Shown piece after piece: positions 16,305 through 25,250 of a DNA stretch of 30,340 bases. Position 1 is the stretch's first letter; each line of letters starts with the position of its first letter. The position numbers and the translations under genes are program-made. Under the pieces are notes generated by a model. It worked only from the letters and a program-made list of their open reading frames with translations, was not told the DNA's origin and made no database searches. The stretch lies in sequence record BK067783.1; one strand, written 5' to 3'.

Positions 16305-16591
16305 AAAAAGATACTAAAGTTAGAATACAATTAACTTGTTTGATGTTTGGAATTTCTATTTTATGTATATTATTAATCAACTTATTTTTAATACCAACCT
16401 TAGAAACAGGATGTAATATAACAGAAAAAGATTTCAAAGGTTCACAATTAGATAAATCTGGTTGGACATTAGAAAAAACTATTAAAGTATGCAAAGATAA
16501 CACTAATGGTTTTAGATATTTTTCATTATGCTTTTTATTACCAGCAATAATTGCTTCAATCGATAATATAACTAGGATCTATAAACAATAA
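16301..16591 (+). CDS. Two-TM protein with Cys-bounded loop
   Basis: TM-C-x25-C-TM. Confidence 0.7.
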   Translation: MKKDTKVRIQLTCLMFGISILCILLINLFLIPTLETGCNITEKDFKGSQLDKSGWTLEKTIKVCKDNTNGFRYFSLCFLLPAIIASIDNITRIYKQ

Positions 16592-16638
16592 CCATATCAT
16601 TAAACCCTTAAATAGTTCTAGTAGATTTATATCATATA

Positions 16639-16878
16639 ATGAGATACCGTTCCCAAAGTCAGATCATTCAATCAATCCTAGAAACAGCTCTTACACCAGT
16701 TTCTAAAACTAGAATCATGTACAAGGCTTATCTATCATATACACAGGTAACAAATTATCTTACTCTATTGGTAAAATCTGGTCTGTTAAAAGAAAACAAG
16801 ACTAATCATTTTGAAGCAACAGACAAGGCAAAAGAATTTATCAAATACGCCAAAGCAATCCAAGAATTAACAGAATAA
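16639..16878 (+). CDS. Winged helix-turn-helix regulator (HTH_45-like, abundant in Nitrososphaerota)
   Basis: MRYRS..II..ILE...KTRIMYKAYLSYTQ...YL..L...GLL...T.K..EF; own TATA at 16608. Confidence 0.85.
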   Translation: MRYRSQSQIIQSILETALTPVSKTRIMYKAYLSYTQVTNYLTLLVKSGLLKENKTNHFEATDKAKEFIKYAKAIQELTE

Positions 16879-16879
16879 A

Positions 16880-17656
16880 TTATTTCTTATTCCAGTTACT
16901 TTTAATATACGGATCTGTTGGTTGTACACAATGATGTCTTAAACAATCACCAAAACCACTACCACCTAATGAATGTGTTCTGGTATAATTACTATAGTGC
17001 CATGACGCAAAAGGATTATTCATAGAGAAGGGTTTCAGATGTGTAACAATTTTAAATATATCATTATAGTTTGTAGATTTACATCCATTCTCTAAGTAAT
17101 TAACAGTATCATTTATCAATGCAACATCAGGAGCTACCAAAGCATAACTACAATTAGATACAAACCTATTATGATGTTCTATTCTTATTCCATTACTGGA
17201 AATTTCATCAGGATTTATCCAGGTAAAGTTTTGTGATTGAATTATAATCATCTTGGAACGTATCTCAAAATCAGGATTTGGATCTACCATAACAACAAAT
17301 GGATGCATATTAAACTTGTAATGATTTGAAACCCTAGCGTCTGCACGATGCAAATAAGGTTTTTCGATCCACAAACCAGCAAACAAGGGATTTGTATTAT
17401 CTAGAAATGTAATCTGATCATAAGTAATACATTTATTTGGAATATGATTCTTTAGCATTATCATACATGCTTGAGAATTTTGAATCCCTATCAATGGACT
17501 AGAACTTGCAAAGCTGGAACTGTTAGAATTGCCTGCTTGATTTTGATTAAATCCACCAGAAGCAGATACATCATTAAAAGCAAATGCGCCTATCAAAAGA
17601 AGAGACAATACAAAAAGTAATGGTCTGGATTTGTGCGCTTTCTCTTGATAGGTCAC
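16880..17656 (-). CDS. Secreted Cys-containing protein (likely GTG start at 17656)
   Basis: Signal peptide LLFVLSLLLIGAFAFNDVSA; several Cys pairs. Confidence 0.7.
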   Translation of the reverse strand: MTYQEKAHKSRPLLFVLSLLLIGAFAFNDVSASGGFNQNQAGNSNSSSFASSSPLIGIQNSQACMIMLKNHIPNKCITYDQITFLDNTNPLFAGLWIEKPYLHRADARVSNHYKFNMHPFVVMVDPNPDFEIRSKMIIIQSQNFTWINPDEISSNGIRIEHHNRFVSNCSYALVAPDVALINDTVNYLENGCKSTNYNDIFKIVTHLKPFSMNNPFASWHYSNYTRTHSLGGSGFGDCLRHHCVQPTDPYIKSNWNKK

Positions 17657-17698
17657 AATCAACCTTTTATAGTATATGGTTATAAACAATACTATCCA

Positions 17699-17956
17699 AT
17701 GCCTTACAAGTTCAAAGACACTGAGAACGCAAAGATACCAATGAAAAGGCTTTGGTTATTCCTGTGTGGGTTAAGCTTGTTCCTGTCAGGATTTGATATT
17801 ATTTATGGAAAATATACTATGTATGATCTAGGAGCTATACCCATGTCTGTATTTGGAATTTGGGCTTTACAATTTCATGGATGGTACAAGATAGAAAGAT
17901 ACTTGATGGAATGGAAAATGAAACGTAGATCAAAGTTTGATTACTATCATACCTAA
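17699..17956 (+). CDS. Small two-TM membrane protein
   Basis: Hydrophobic segments; start uncertain (17699 or a later ATG). Confidence 0.6.
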   Translation: MPYKFKDTENAKIPMKRLWLFLCGLSLFLSGFDIIYGKYTMYDLGAIPMSVFGIWALQFHGWYKIERYLMEWKMKRRSKFDYYHT

Positions 17957-18594
17957 TCAACTTCTTTAGATAGTGCTTCTGCTTCTGCTTCATCATAATT
18001 ACGTGTACCTTCTTTACCAAGATCTAGATAATCTATTGTTTGTGCAAATCTGTTATTTCCTTTGTGTCCTAGCCTTGCAGATACAGAACCAATATCCGCT
18101 TTGATACCTGATAAAGTACCATAGTACATATCCTTCCCTCTAGACTTTCTCATAGCATGAGTAACAGTTTTTTGTTTAGTAACAGAAGTAGGAGTATTGA
18201 AAGCTAAGATATTTAATTTCTTGCCTAACCTCTTACACCAATCATAGACTATTGCATAATTCATACCGGGAAATAACGCACCTGACTTATCTTTCAAATA
18301 CTCTTTGAGTTCTGGAATAAAGATTTTAGGCACAAGTCTTTGATCATTATCTTCTGTTTTGGTCTTACCTAAATAACAAATACCTAATACCAAATCAAAG
18401 CTATCCATAGTAAGTTTCAATGTTTCATTTATTCGTAAAGCCAACCAGTAAGTTATCTTGAACATCATAATAACATCAGAGTCTTTCCACTTTCGTATCT
18501 TTAAGCTAGGTATTACATCCAACATTTGTATGAACTTTGTATAAGGAATCCAAGAAGATGTCTCTTTATTCTGCCAAGTCTCATCATGCTTCAT
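17953..18594 (-). CDS. int: Tyrosine recombinase/integrase, catalytic domain only
   Basis: ALRINE (R), KTK (K), HAMR (HxxR), LGH (H), TIDY (Y). Confidence 0.9.
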   Translation of the reverse strand: MKHDETWQNKETSSWIPYTKFIQMLDVIPSLKIRKWKDSDVIMMFKITYWLALRINETLKLTMDSFDLVLGICYLGKTKTEDNDQRLVPKIFIPELKEYLKDKSGALFPGMNYAIVYDWCKRLGKKLNILAFNTPTSVTKQKTVTHAMRKSRGKDMYYGTLSGIKADIGSVSARLGHKGNNRFAQTIDYLDLGKEGTRNYDEAEAEALSKEVD

Positions 18595-18770
18595 TTAATT
18601 TTAACTTGTGATATGTTCTACTTAAGGTTTTAGGTTTTAGTTTGATTAGAAGCTATTCTATGCCTATTCCTTAGCTACTATTGTTACAAGATAACATACA
18701 TGAAAAGCTACATTCTCTTACCTACATCGGCAACCTTATAATATATAACGTTATACAGGAATTGATTGAA

Positions 18771-19370
18771 ATGGTCACACCAGCATTAATTGATCTAAAC
18801 ATCCTTGCATTGAAACATCTTGATAGAGCTTACTTTGCATTATATCATCAAGACTATGACGCATGTACAGCTTCATTACATTCTGTTAATGCAGCTCTCA
18901 AGGATGGTTATAGAGTAGAGTTCAATACAGACAAGTATAGAGCTGCTACAGAACATCCTACACTAATATACTGTAAGCCTTGCGGTACTAAATTCAATAA
19001 GGATGATATCAAGATGTGGAATATGTTATTACCATTAGCACAACAGATAGGTTCAGGTAGTACACATACTAAGGTATGGACATGCCATGAATGTAAAGCT
19101 ACTAACATTTTATCAGAATCAAAGATAGAGAAACAAATTCTAGAAGAACCATTCTTCCTAAAGATTGTTCCATATCCACCTTCTAGAAAACAGAACTTAT
19201 CAGACCGTACAACTTATCATATTAAATACAAAGCTTGGTTTGGCATGGCAGTATCAGAACTAACAAGACAGATATCACAGTTAAGATGGGATAATCATAG
19301 ACCGGGTGATGAACAAGGAATGGATCAAATTCAAGAACAGATACTAGCTACACTGGATAGCAAATATTAG
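18771..19370 (+). CDS. Zinc-ribbon-containing protein (start revised to 18771)
   Basis: CKPC...CHEC; TATA ATATATAA at 18741, 30 nt upstream. Confidence 0.75.
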   Translation: MVTPALIDLNILALKHLDRAYFALYHQDYDACTASLHSVNAALKDGYRVEFNTDKYRAATEHPTLIYCKPCGTKFNKDDIKMWNMLLPLAQQIGSGSTHTKVWTCHECKATNILSESKIEKQILEEPFFLKIVPYPPSRKQNLSDRTTYHIKYKAWFGMAVSELTRQISQLRWDNHRPGDEQGMDQIQEQILATLDSKY

Positions 19371-19372
19371 AA

Positions 19373-19474
19373 ATGGTATTTAGTTACGAATGTTCTACAA
19401 GTGAGCATGAATTTTGTAGGATGCCAAATTGTATTTGTTCATGTCATAAGAGGTTTAGAGGTCAATGCCAATAG
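19373..19474 (+). CDS. CxCxCH-family micro-protein, 33 aa (not in track)
   Basis: ECSTSEHEFCRMPNCICSCH; overlaps the ATPase start. Confidence 0.65.
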   Translation: MVFSYECSTSEHEFCRMPNCICSCHKRFRGQCQ

Positions 19475-20643
19475 AGCAAAAAGTTATTACAATAGGTGGT
19501 CAGAAGGAAGAGTTCTTCAAACCCATTACTACCAAATGGAAGGGCATAGAGATGATACGCAATCAAACACCAAAGACAGCTATACATTCTATAGCTCAAT
19601 ATGCAAAAAGATTAGACTATGTTAAGATAGGTATAGTAGGAGATCCGCACACAGGAAAAACAACACTAGCTAAATTTCTTGCTCATTTCTTACATTTGAT
19701 GTGCTTGGATCTTTTAGGTATCACATATGTAGTAAAGATATTTACAAGAGATGAATTACTTAGTTTTAAGAAAACAATAGAAGCACTACCAGCAGCTAAC
19801 TATATCTTCATATTTGATGATGTATCATGGATTGAGAAGGAAGGAACACCACAACAGATTAACGAATTGAAAGCTGGTGAATCAATGATACGTCACTTCA
19901 AAGATAAGAAGGATGTTAAAATCATACAGATAGATAACTACCATTACACAAAGGCGGAAAACAAATATTTGAGACAATCTCATTTTAAGATATTTACTGC
20001 TATTGGATCAGAAGAGGAAGATAACATTAATTCAATTACAAAAAACTCTAATCCATTTATTATATCACAATTCGCAAAACTACAAACAGAGATGTATTCA
20101 CAAGGAACATTTACTTTTCTAATTGGAAAGAACAGACGAAACTTTACTATGAGATACAGAGATCCATTTATCCCTGTTTTATTTTGGGATGGAAGATCAT
20201 TAAGATTTATTGTAACACCTGAACGTGAATGGATGGATAGAGGGTGCGCGATCTGTTCTATGGCAGAAGGAGCTAAAGACGAGAATTTTAGCTTGGACAA
20301 GTTCAAACAAGATCTGGATGCAAGATATGGTGAAATCATAGCAAAGAACGCAATTAAGATAAAAATGAAGGAACTTGGATTAAACACCTATAGACCAGAA
20401 CTTACAAGAGCTGTAAACAAGATATCTAAAACCATGACAGAACAAAATTTTGATTTATTAGCATTAGGTCAAATTTACGGATTAAAGCTTACTCCACCAC
20501 CTAAAAGAATCAAGCTAGATAAATTAATAGAGCAAGAGAAAGATAAAAATAAAAACCTAGATTCATTTTCAGATAAAAACATAGTACAAGTTATTCCTTG
20601 GGAAGATGAGGAAAGAGAAAAACCAGAGGTAATACAACAATGA
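19465..20643 (+). CDS. P-loop ATPase (spindle-virus AAA-type, putative assembly/packaging)
   Basis: Walker A GDPHTGKT; Walker B IFIFDD; downstream strand ending HY. Confidence 0.85.
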   Translation: MPIEQKVITIGGQKEEFFKPITTKWKGIEMIRNQTPKTAIHSIAQYAKRLDYVKIGIVGDPHTGKTTLAKFLAHFLHLMCLDLLGITYVVKIFTRDELLSFKKTIEALPAANYIFIFDDVSWIEKEGTPQQINELKAGESMIRHFKDKKDVKIIQIDNYHYTKAENKYLRQSHFKIFTAIGSEEEDNINSITKNSNPFIISQFAKLQTEMYSQGTFTFLIGKNRRNFTMRYRDPFIPVLFWDGRSLRFIVTPEREWMDRGCAICSMAEGAKDENFSLDKFKQDLDARYGEIIAKNAIKIKMKELGLNTYRPELTRAVNKISKTMTEQNFDLLALGQIYGLKLTPPPKRIKLDKLIEQEKDKNKNLDSFSDKNIVQVIPWEDEEREKPEVIQQ

Positions 20644-21158
20644 TCGGAACTTGTAACTTTATAGATGATAATGATAACAGATGCAACAAGACATATAATT
20701 TACAAGGAATTATCTTTTTGAATCCAGAAACACCAAGCATCATAGAAAGAATAGATTTATGCAAATTACATTATGGAATGATTACAGATGATCACACACA
20801 AAGAGTAAGAGCTTTCCAAATGGCATTAAAAAACACAATATCAGAAAATCAAAAGAGAAAGCAAATAGCTAGAGCAAATGATACATTTTATGAGGAAAGT
20901 TTAATGTTAAGAAAGATAGCTGATCTAAGAGAACTATTATCTTCAATCAATGTTTCAGAATGTAAAAATTATCTTTGTATGGCTAACATATCCAAGATAG
21001 ATCAATACAAAAAGATTTATACAGTCATAACACTAAAACCAAGTAACAAGGTACAATACAAGTTTTATTTTTGTTCTTTGAGATGTTTTAATATTTTCAA
21101 AGCTAGATGTGGCATATTACAACCTATACAACATGGACAAATGATCTTAAATGGTTAA
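20640..21158 (+). CDS. Zinc-binding protein with C-terminal FCSxxC motif
   Basis: Multiple Cys clusters; FCSLRC. Confidence 0.7.
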   Translation: MIGTCNFIDDNDNRCNKTYNLQGIIFLNPETPSIIERIDLCKLHYGMITDDHTQRVRAFQMALKNTISENQKRKQIARANDTFYEESLMLRKIADLRELLSSINVSECKNYLCMANISKIDQYKKIYTVITLKPSNKVQYKFYFCSLRCFNIFKARCGILQPIQHGQMILNG

Positions 21159-21348
21159 CAAGAATTTAATGAGACGTCGTATCATCTGCCCCGACGGACA
21201 TGAAATTATAACACGTAAGACTACGGATATCCAGTGTAGAAAGTGCGCATTAAAAGGTCATGGTAAAAGATTTACAATCAAGGCAAAGACAGACAAAATC
21301 CTAGCAGACGTACACAAAAGCATGTTTAACAACAAGATACAGACATAG
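21151..21348 (+). CDS. Zinc-ribbon protein
   Basis: CPDGH...CRKC. Confidence 0.7.
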   Translation: MVNKNLMRRRIICPDGHEIITRKTTDIQCRKCALKGHGKRFTIKAKTDKILADVHKSMFNNKIQT

Positions 21349-21382
21349 CCTAATATACTAGTACAATCCTCTATATGTTGTT

Positions 21383-21598
21383 ATGTGGATGCCTGATTGG
21401 GTAACTTGGCTTCAAGTTAGTGTAGCAATGGGTGGCTTGTTCATTGCTGGCTATTTCGCAAAAAAGAAACAAGCTGCAAAAAGATACAAAGAGCTTCAAA
21501 AACTCAAAGCGGATGCAGAAGAGCAAGGCAGACGTAAAGCAGAAGAGGAATTGAGAAAAAAAGGTCAGACACCAAGCCCTGACACTACGAAGCTCTAG
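21383..21598 (+). CDS. Single-TM protein with basic coiled tail
   Basis: N-terminal TM, K/E-rich helix; followed by T8. Confidence 0.7.
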   Translation: MWMPDWVTWLQVSVAMGGLFIAGYFAKKKQAAKRYKELQKLKADAEEQGRRKAEEELRKKGQTPSPDTTKL

Positions 21599-21650
21599 TA
21601 TCAAATCTTTTTTTTAAAAGTTTAAATTTAAGGAATTAATTATAGTTATC

Positions 21651-21715
21651 ACTGGTTGGTTGATACGTCAACCTTCTGAGCAAAGGAACTAAACCAACCG
21701 AGCTATTTCTTCTTT
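21651..21715 (+). ncRNA. Candidate small RNA C
   Basis: AAAAG + TTTAAATT at 21616-21628 (+30 = 21651); alternative stems; T-rich end; downstream ORF has its own TATA at 21745. Confidence 0.5.
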
Positions 21716-21773
21716 ATGATGAAATTTAATGAAAAGACACAACCTTAAATAATACAGAATGTAAAATTGAAAC

Positions 21774-21932
21774 ATGCACGAATTCGGCAAAAAAGTTCTA
21801 GACCATATAGGAACATCTCATCACACAGAACATGAGCTCAATGAAACTGAGGGCTTTCATCACGAAGGCTTAGGTGAATTTGAAAAAAGAGCATTAGACA
21901 CAAAGAAACATCACAACGAAGAAAGCTTCTAG
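21774..21932 (+). CDS. His/Glu-rich micro-protein, 52 aa (not in track)
   Basis: 9 His including three HH pairs; TATA 29 nt upstream. Confidence 0.6.
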   Translation: MHEFGKKVLDHIGTSHHTEHELNETEGFHHEGLGEFEKRALDTKKHHNEESF

Positions 21933-21938
21933 AACAAA

Positions 21939-22055
21939 ATGCATAAACGAGCAAACAAACTAAAAGATGAAATTGGTTCTAATCAATGGACTGAGAACGC
22001 AGAACATTCTATAGAAGAAAAAGTTTACAAAGAAAGATATCCTGACAGAGATTGA
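21939..22055 (+). CDS. Micro-protein, 38 aa, in frame with the previous ORF (not in track)
   Basis: Separated from 21774..21932 by TAG plus 2 codons. Confidence 0.45.
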   Translation: MHKRANKLKDEIGSNQWTENAEHSIEEKVYKERYPDRD

Positions 22056-22130
22056 TTAGACCAACCAAAATTATTTTATTTGAATACTTTACTTCTGATA
22101 ATTTAAAATTTAGAAGATTAATTATATTTT

Positions 22131-22607
22131 CTAAGAATTAGCTTGTTGATCTGCTTTCTTGCCGATAATTCCGTCTAAGATACCTTTAGATAATTCTTGT
22201 TTGACATTGAACTGTCTTTCTGTCTTTGCTTTAGCTAACAATGTTAACAAAGTCATATGGTTATTATTTACATCCTTTACACTTTCAGAACTTTTCGCAT
22301 CCATAGAATAATCAACAGATTCACAGAACATCATTCCCAATTTCACCAAAGGAGCTGCTCTATGAGCTGTCATATGATAACTTGCTGATTTGAAAAGATT
22401 ACCAAGCTCTTCTCGATATTTTGCCAAAGATCCAAATTGATTAGATGCTATATGATGAGTTTGCCACCAACCACGCCTAGAATCAATAACTCTTTCTATT
22501 CTTGTCTTACCATCTTCTGTTTCAACTAGTCTTTCTGTTTTCCAAGATTCTAAAACTACATCTACTAAATCAGCTACAGATTTTTCCGATTCTTGCATGG
22601 TAGGCAT
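22131..22607 (-). CDS. Hypothetical protein (start revised to 22607)
   Basis: The longer track start runs through an AT-rich promoter region. Confidence 0.7.
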   Translation of the reverse strand: MPTMQESEKSVADLVDVVLESWKTERLVETEDGKTRIERVIDSRRGWWQTHHIASNQFGSLAKYREELGNLFKSASYHMTAHRAAPLVKLGMMFCESVDYSMDAKSSESVKDVNNNHMTLLTLLAKAKTERQFNVKQELSKGILDGIIGKKADQQANS

Positions 22608-22672
22608 TATTATATAGTAGAAATACACTAGAACATAAACCTTTATTATATATCTCATATAAAATAGAACAC

Positions 22673-22993
22673 GTGGAAACAGTTCTATCCAAGAAAGAAC
22701 ACAATACATTAATCAAACAAAAAAACAGACAGTTAGATAGTATTCTAGGTGAACAATATAGAAGGGAAGCTCCACCGGGTATTTCATTTTCAGATTGGAA
22801 AAGACTTTGGAAGGAAGCTCAAAAAGAAAAACAAATGAAGATCCATTACACAGCATTTGAACCAATGCCAAAAGAATCATTGGAAGATTTTAAGAAACGT
22901 ATTGCTGGATGTACTATTCTAATCCCTGTTGAGACTATAGAAGATTATAAGAAAAGAGTTAGTGCTACATTCAACCAACACCTTTTTAAATAA
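22673..22993 (+). CDS. Hypothetical protein with short internal repeat
   Basis: ESLEDFKKRI / ETIEDYKKRV. Confidence 0.65.
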   Translation: METVLSKKEHNTLIKQKNRQLDSILGEQYRREAPPGISFSDWKRLWKEAQKEKQMKIHYTAFEPMPKESLEDFKKRIAGCTILIPVETIEDYKKRVSATFNQHLFK

Positions 22994-23014
22994 CAATGTT
23001 CTGGTTTAATTCAT

Positions 23015-24013
23015 ATGGGTATTATAACACATAAGGATCTATTCACCCACAAATACATTACAGCTGAAATTAGAGATTCATCAGGAAGAATCCATTTCAG
23101 ACATATCAAACATATGTTAGGTGATTACTGGTTGACATTCATCGATAAGGATCTTTATTGCTTCAAGGTACATGATGCAAGAATAGGAACATACAAAGAA
23201 ACAGCTGCTAAATCAATTCGTATATTACATTATTCCACAAAACATTATCTACCAATTTCACCAGAATACAATAAAGAACTAGAAGAAGTTCTAAGATTAA
23301 ATTCATTACCAAGAATGAATACAACAATGTTCGGAGCTTTCAAGATTCTATCTCAAAGAGAAAAGAAAGCTAGTGCTGGTATAGTACAAAACAATGACGG
23401 TACAACAACCATACAAGAGTTCAAAGGTTTTGAAACACATCTATTAAAAAACTTAGTTGAAGATGTAGCAGACAAACCAGAACAGTATAACCAACAAATG
23501 ACAAACTTAAAAACATATTTTGACAACATGGCAGTATATCAAATCATTACACCAGTAAAAGACATTACAGAATTTATAGAAGATGATCTTATTGCAACAG
23601 ATCCAAAGTTCTTAGGAGATGTAGTTAGATCTTGTATGTTACTTGACAAGGAACAAAAGAAAGTATTAAACACCAAGATAGATGCGAAAAAGAATTATCT
23701 TGTTATAGCTGCATTAATCTTAATTATTGGTGCAGTAGCTTTCATGGGTGTCTATCTAATATCTAACGGATCAGGAGCTAACCCATTTGCTTCTATCTTC
23801 CCACAGTTCAACACATCACCAAGCGCAACAGGTGGGGGTGGAACAACTGGTACTAATTATGCATGTGTACACATAGACGATGCTACCATATTCAGTAAAT
23901 ATCCATTACCAGAAGATCTAAACAAAGCTGTATCTGATGGAGATATCAAGCTATGCCAACTATCACCAAATGTGCAAAAGTTAGTAAAGAACTATACACC
24001 AACACATCATTAA
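23015..24013 (+). CDS. Membrane-anchored protein of the morphogenesis module
   Basis: Large soluble domain, one TM near the C-terminus, Cys pair in the tail. Confidence 0.8.
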   Translation: MGIITHKDLFTHKYITAEIRDSSGRIHFRHIKHMLGDYWLTFIDKDLYCFKVHDARIGTYKETAAKSIRILHYSTKHYLPISPEYNKELEEVLRLNSLPRMNTTMFGAFKILSQREKKASAGIVQNNDGTTTIQEFKGFETHLLKNLVEDVADKPEQYNQQMTNLKTYFDNMAVYQIITPVKDITEFIEDDLIATDPKFLGDVVRSCMLLDKEQKKVLNTKIDAKKNYLVIAALILIIGAVAFMGVYLISNGSGANPFASIFPQFNTSPSATGGGGTTGTNYACVHIDDATIFSKYPLPEDLNKAVSDGDIKLCQLSPNVQKLVKNYTPTHH

Positions 24014-24016
24014 GAT

Positions 24017-24304
24017 ATGTTCAACAAGAAACCAAAAGAACCATTAACAGAACAGGAAGAAAAGATAAAACAATGGAAAGCAAACAACTTAAAGATACAT
24101 CGCAGAACTTTGTATTTTGTTATACTGGTTTCTTTTATAGGAATAGGTTTGTATCTAAAAGGAACAATAACAGCTGGTGATTATGTTGTAATGATCATCC
24201 CAATGTGGTTTTTATCAATCGTAATACTAATGGCAGGCATATCAAGACTAGGAAGATACACAACACAAATTTACATTGAATCTCTAAAATCAAAGGATGC
24301 TTAA
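24017..24304 (+). CDS. Two-TM membrane protein
   Basis: Two hydrophobic segments. Confidence 0.7.
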   Translation: MFNKKPKEPLTEQEEKIKQWKANNLKIHRRTLYFVILVSFIGIGLYLKGTITAGDYVVMIIPMWFLSIVILMAGISRLGRYTTQIYIESLKSKDA

Positions 24305-24468
24305 TGTTTGGTCTTAATGATGCACAAGAAGTTTATATAGGAATAGTAGTAGGCTTAGGAGTTCTTTATTTCTACTGGACTGTACGTAACATCAAGCGCA
24401 AAAAGAAGGCTAAGACTAATCATTGGAAAGAGAAAAAACTAGCAAAAAGACAAAAAGATAAAGTCTAG
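24304..24468 (+). CDS. TM plus Lys-rich micro-protein, 54 aa (not in track)
   Basis: TAATG overlap; TM followed by RNIKRKKKAK. Confidence 0.65.
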   Translation: MFGLNDAQEVYIGIVVGLGVLYFYWTVRNIKRKKKAKTNHWKEKKLAKRQKDKV

Positions 24469-24486
24469 TGGAGTAGTATAAAAACA

Positions 24487-24867
24487 ATGCTAGAACTTTT
24501 ACACATGCAGCTAGTATTCTTACAAACCATTATAGTCAATCAAACAAATCCCTGTTTTCTTAATTATACATCAAACAACATTTGGCAAGATTGCGGTATG
24601 GGTAAAGATTATCTAGCTGCAATTACAATCGGCTTCCAATATGTAACAGGTGGATATTTCTCTCTAGTAATTGCATTTGTAATTATTCTATTCACGTACA
24701 TAAAATATCACAAGCTCACATATACTTTATTTGTAGGCACGTTATTCATTCCTATTTCATACTTCGTATTCCCTACACAATTTCTTAATTTCGCTTTGAT
24801 AATGGCTAGCTTTGGAATTGCAACACTAATTTATTATGTAATAGTATCACAGACAAATGAACAGTGA
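24487..24867 (+). CDS. Multi-TM putative structural protein
   Basis: 3-4 hydrophobic segments; sequons NQT and NYT. Confidence 0.75.
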   Translation: MLELLHMQLVFLQTIIVNQTNPCFLNYTSNNIWQDCGMGKDYLAAITIGFQYVTGGYFSLVIAFVIILFTYIKYHKLTYTLFVGTLFIPISYFVFPTQFLNFALIMASFGIATLIYYVIVSQTNEQ

Positions 24868-24947
24868 TAAACGAAATACTAGGTTATAAGCTTTGGTCAT
24901 ATGACGGACATCGGCTTATATCTAAAATTGTTTTGATATAGTTTAAG

Positions 24948-25229
24948 ATGCCAGAATCCAGCACAATCATGGGACTTGTGGGCGCATTTATCGCTATTGC
25001 GATCATGCTTAACATAGGTGTCCAGATCTTAGGTAACGTACAAACTGCGACAAACTGTTCTAACCTGCCGGGTAACGCAGGTACACACCAGACAACTTCT
25101 AACGCCACAGGATGGGCGCTACAATGTCTTAACCAGAACACCAACGCACAATCAGCATACACGCTATTAGGAGTAATTCTTATAGTTGTGGCAGCTGTAG
25201 CAATACTATTCGTGGTCAGACTTCTTTAA
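24948..25229 (+). CDS. Major capsid protein, spindle-shaped virus type (SSV1 VP1/His1-like)
   Basis: 93 aa; two long hydrophobic helices flank a Cys-bounded loop with NCS/NAT sequons; C-terminal VVRLL; visibly GC-richer codons; own promoter and T-tract terminator. Confidence 0.8.
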   Translation: MPESSTIMGLVGAFIAIAIMLNIGVQILGNVQTATNCSNLPGNAGTHQTTSNATGWALQCLNQNTNAQSAYTLLGVILIVVAAVAILFVVRLL

Positions 25230-25250
25230 ATTACATCCACCACACCACAC

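Noticed and set aside
21660-21725. C/D box sRNA (CTGA at 21677, ATGATGA near 21716)
   Set aside because: Boxes are in the wrong order and spacing; no terminal D box.
24948-25229. Type IV pilin/archaellin
   Set aside because: No class III signal peptide, and a second C-terminal hydrophobic helix fits a spindle-virus MCP.
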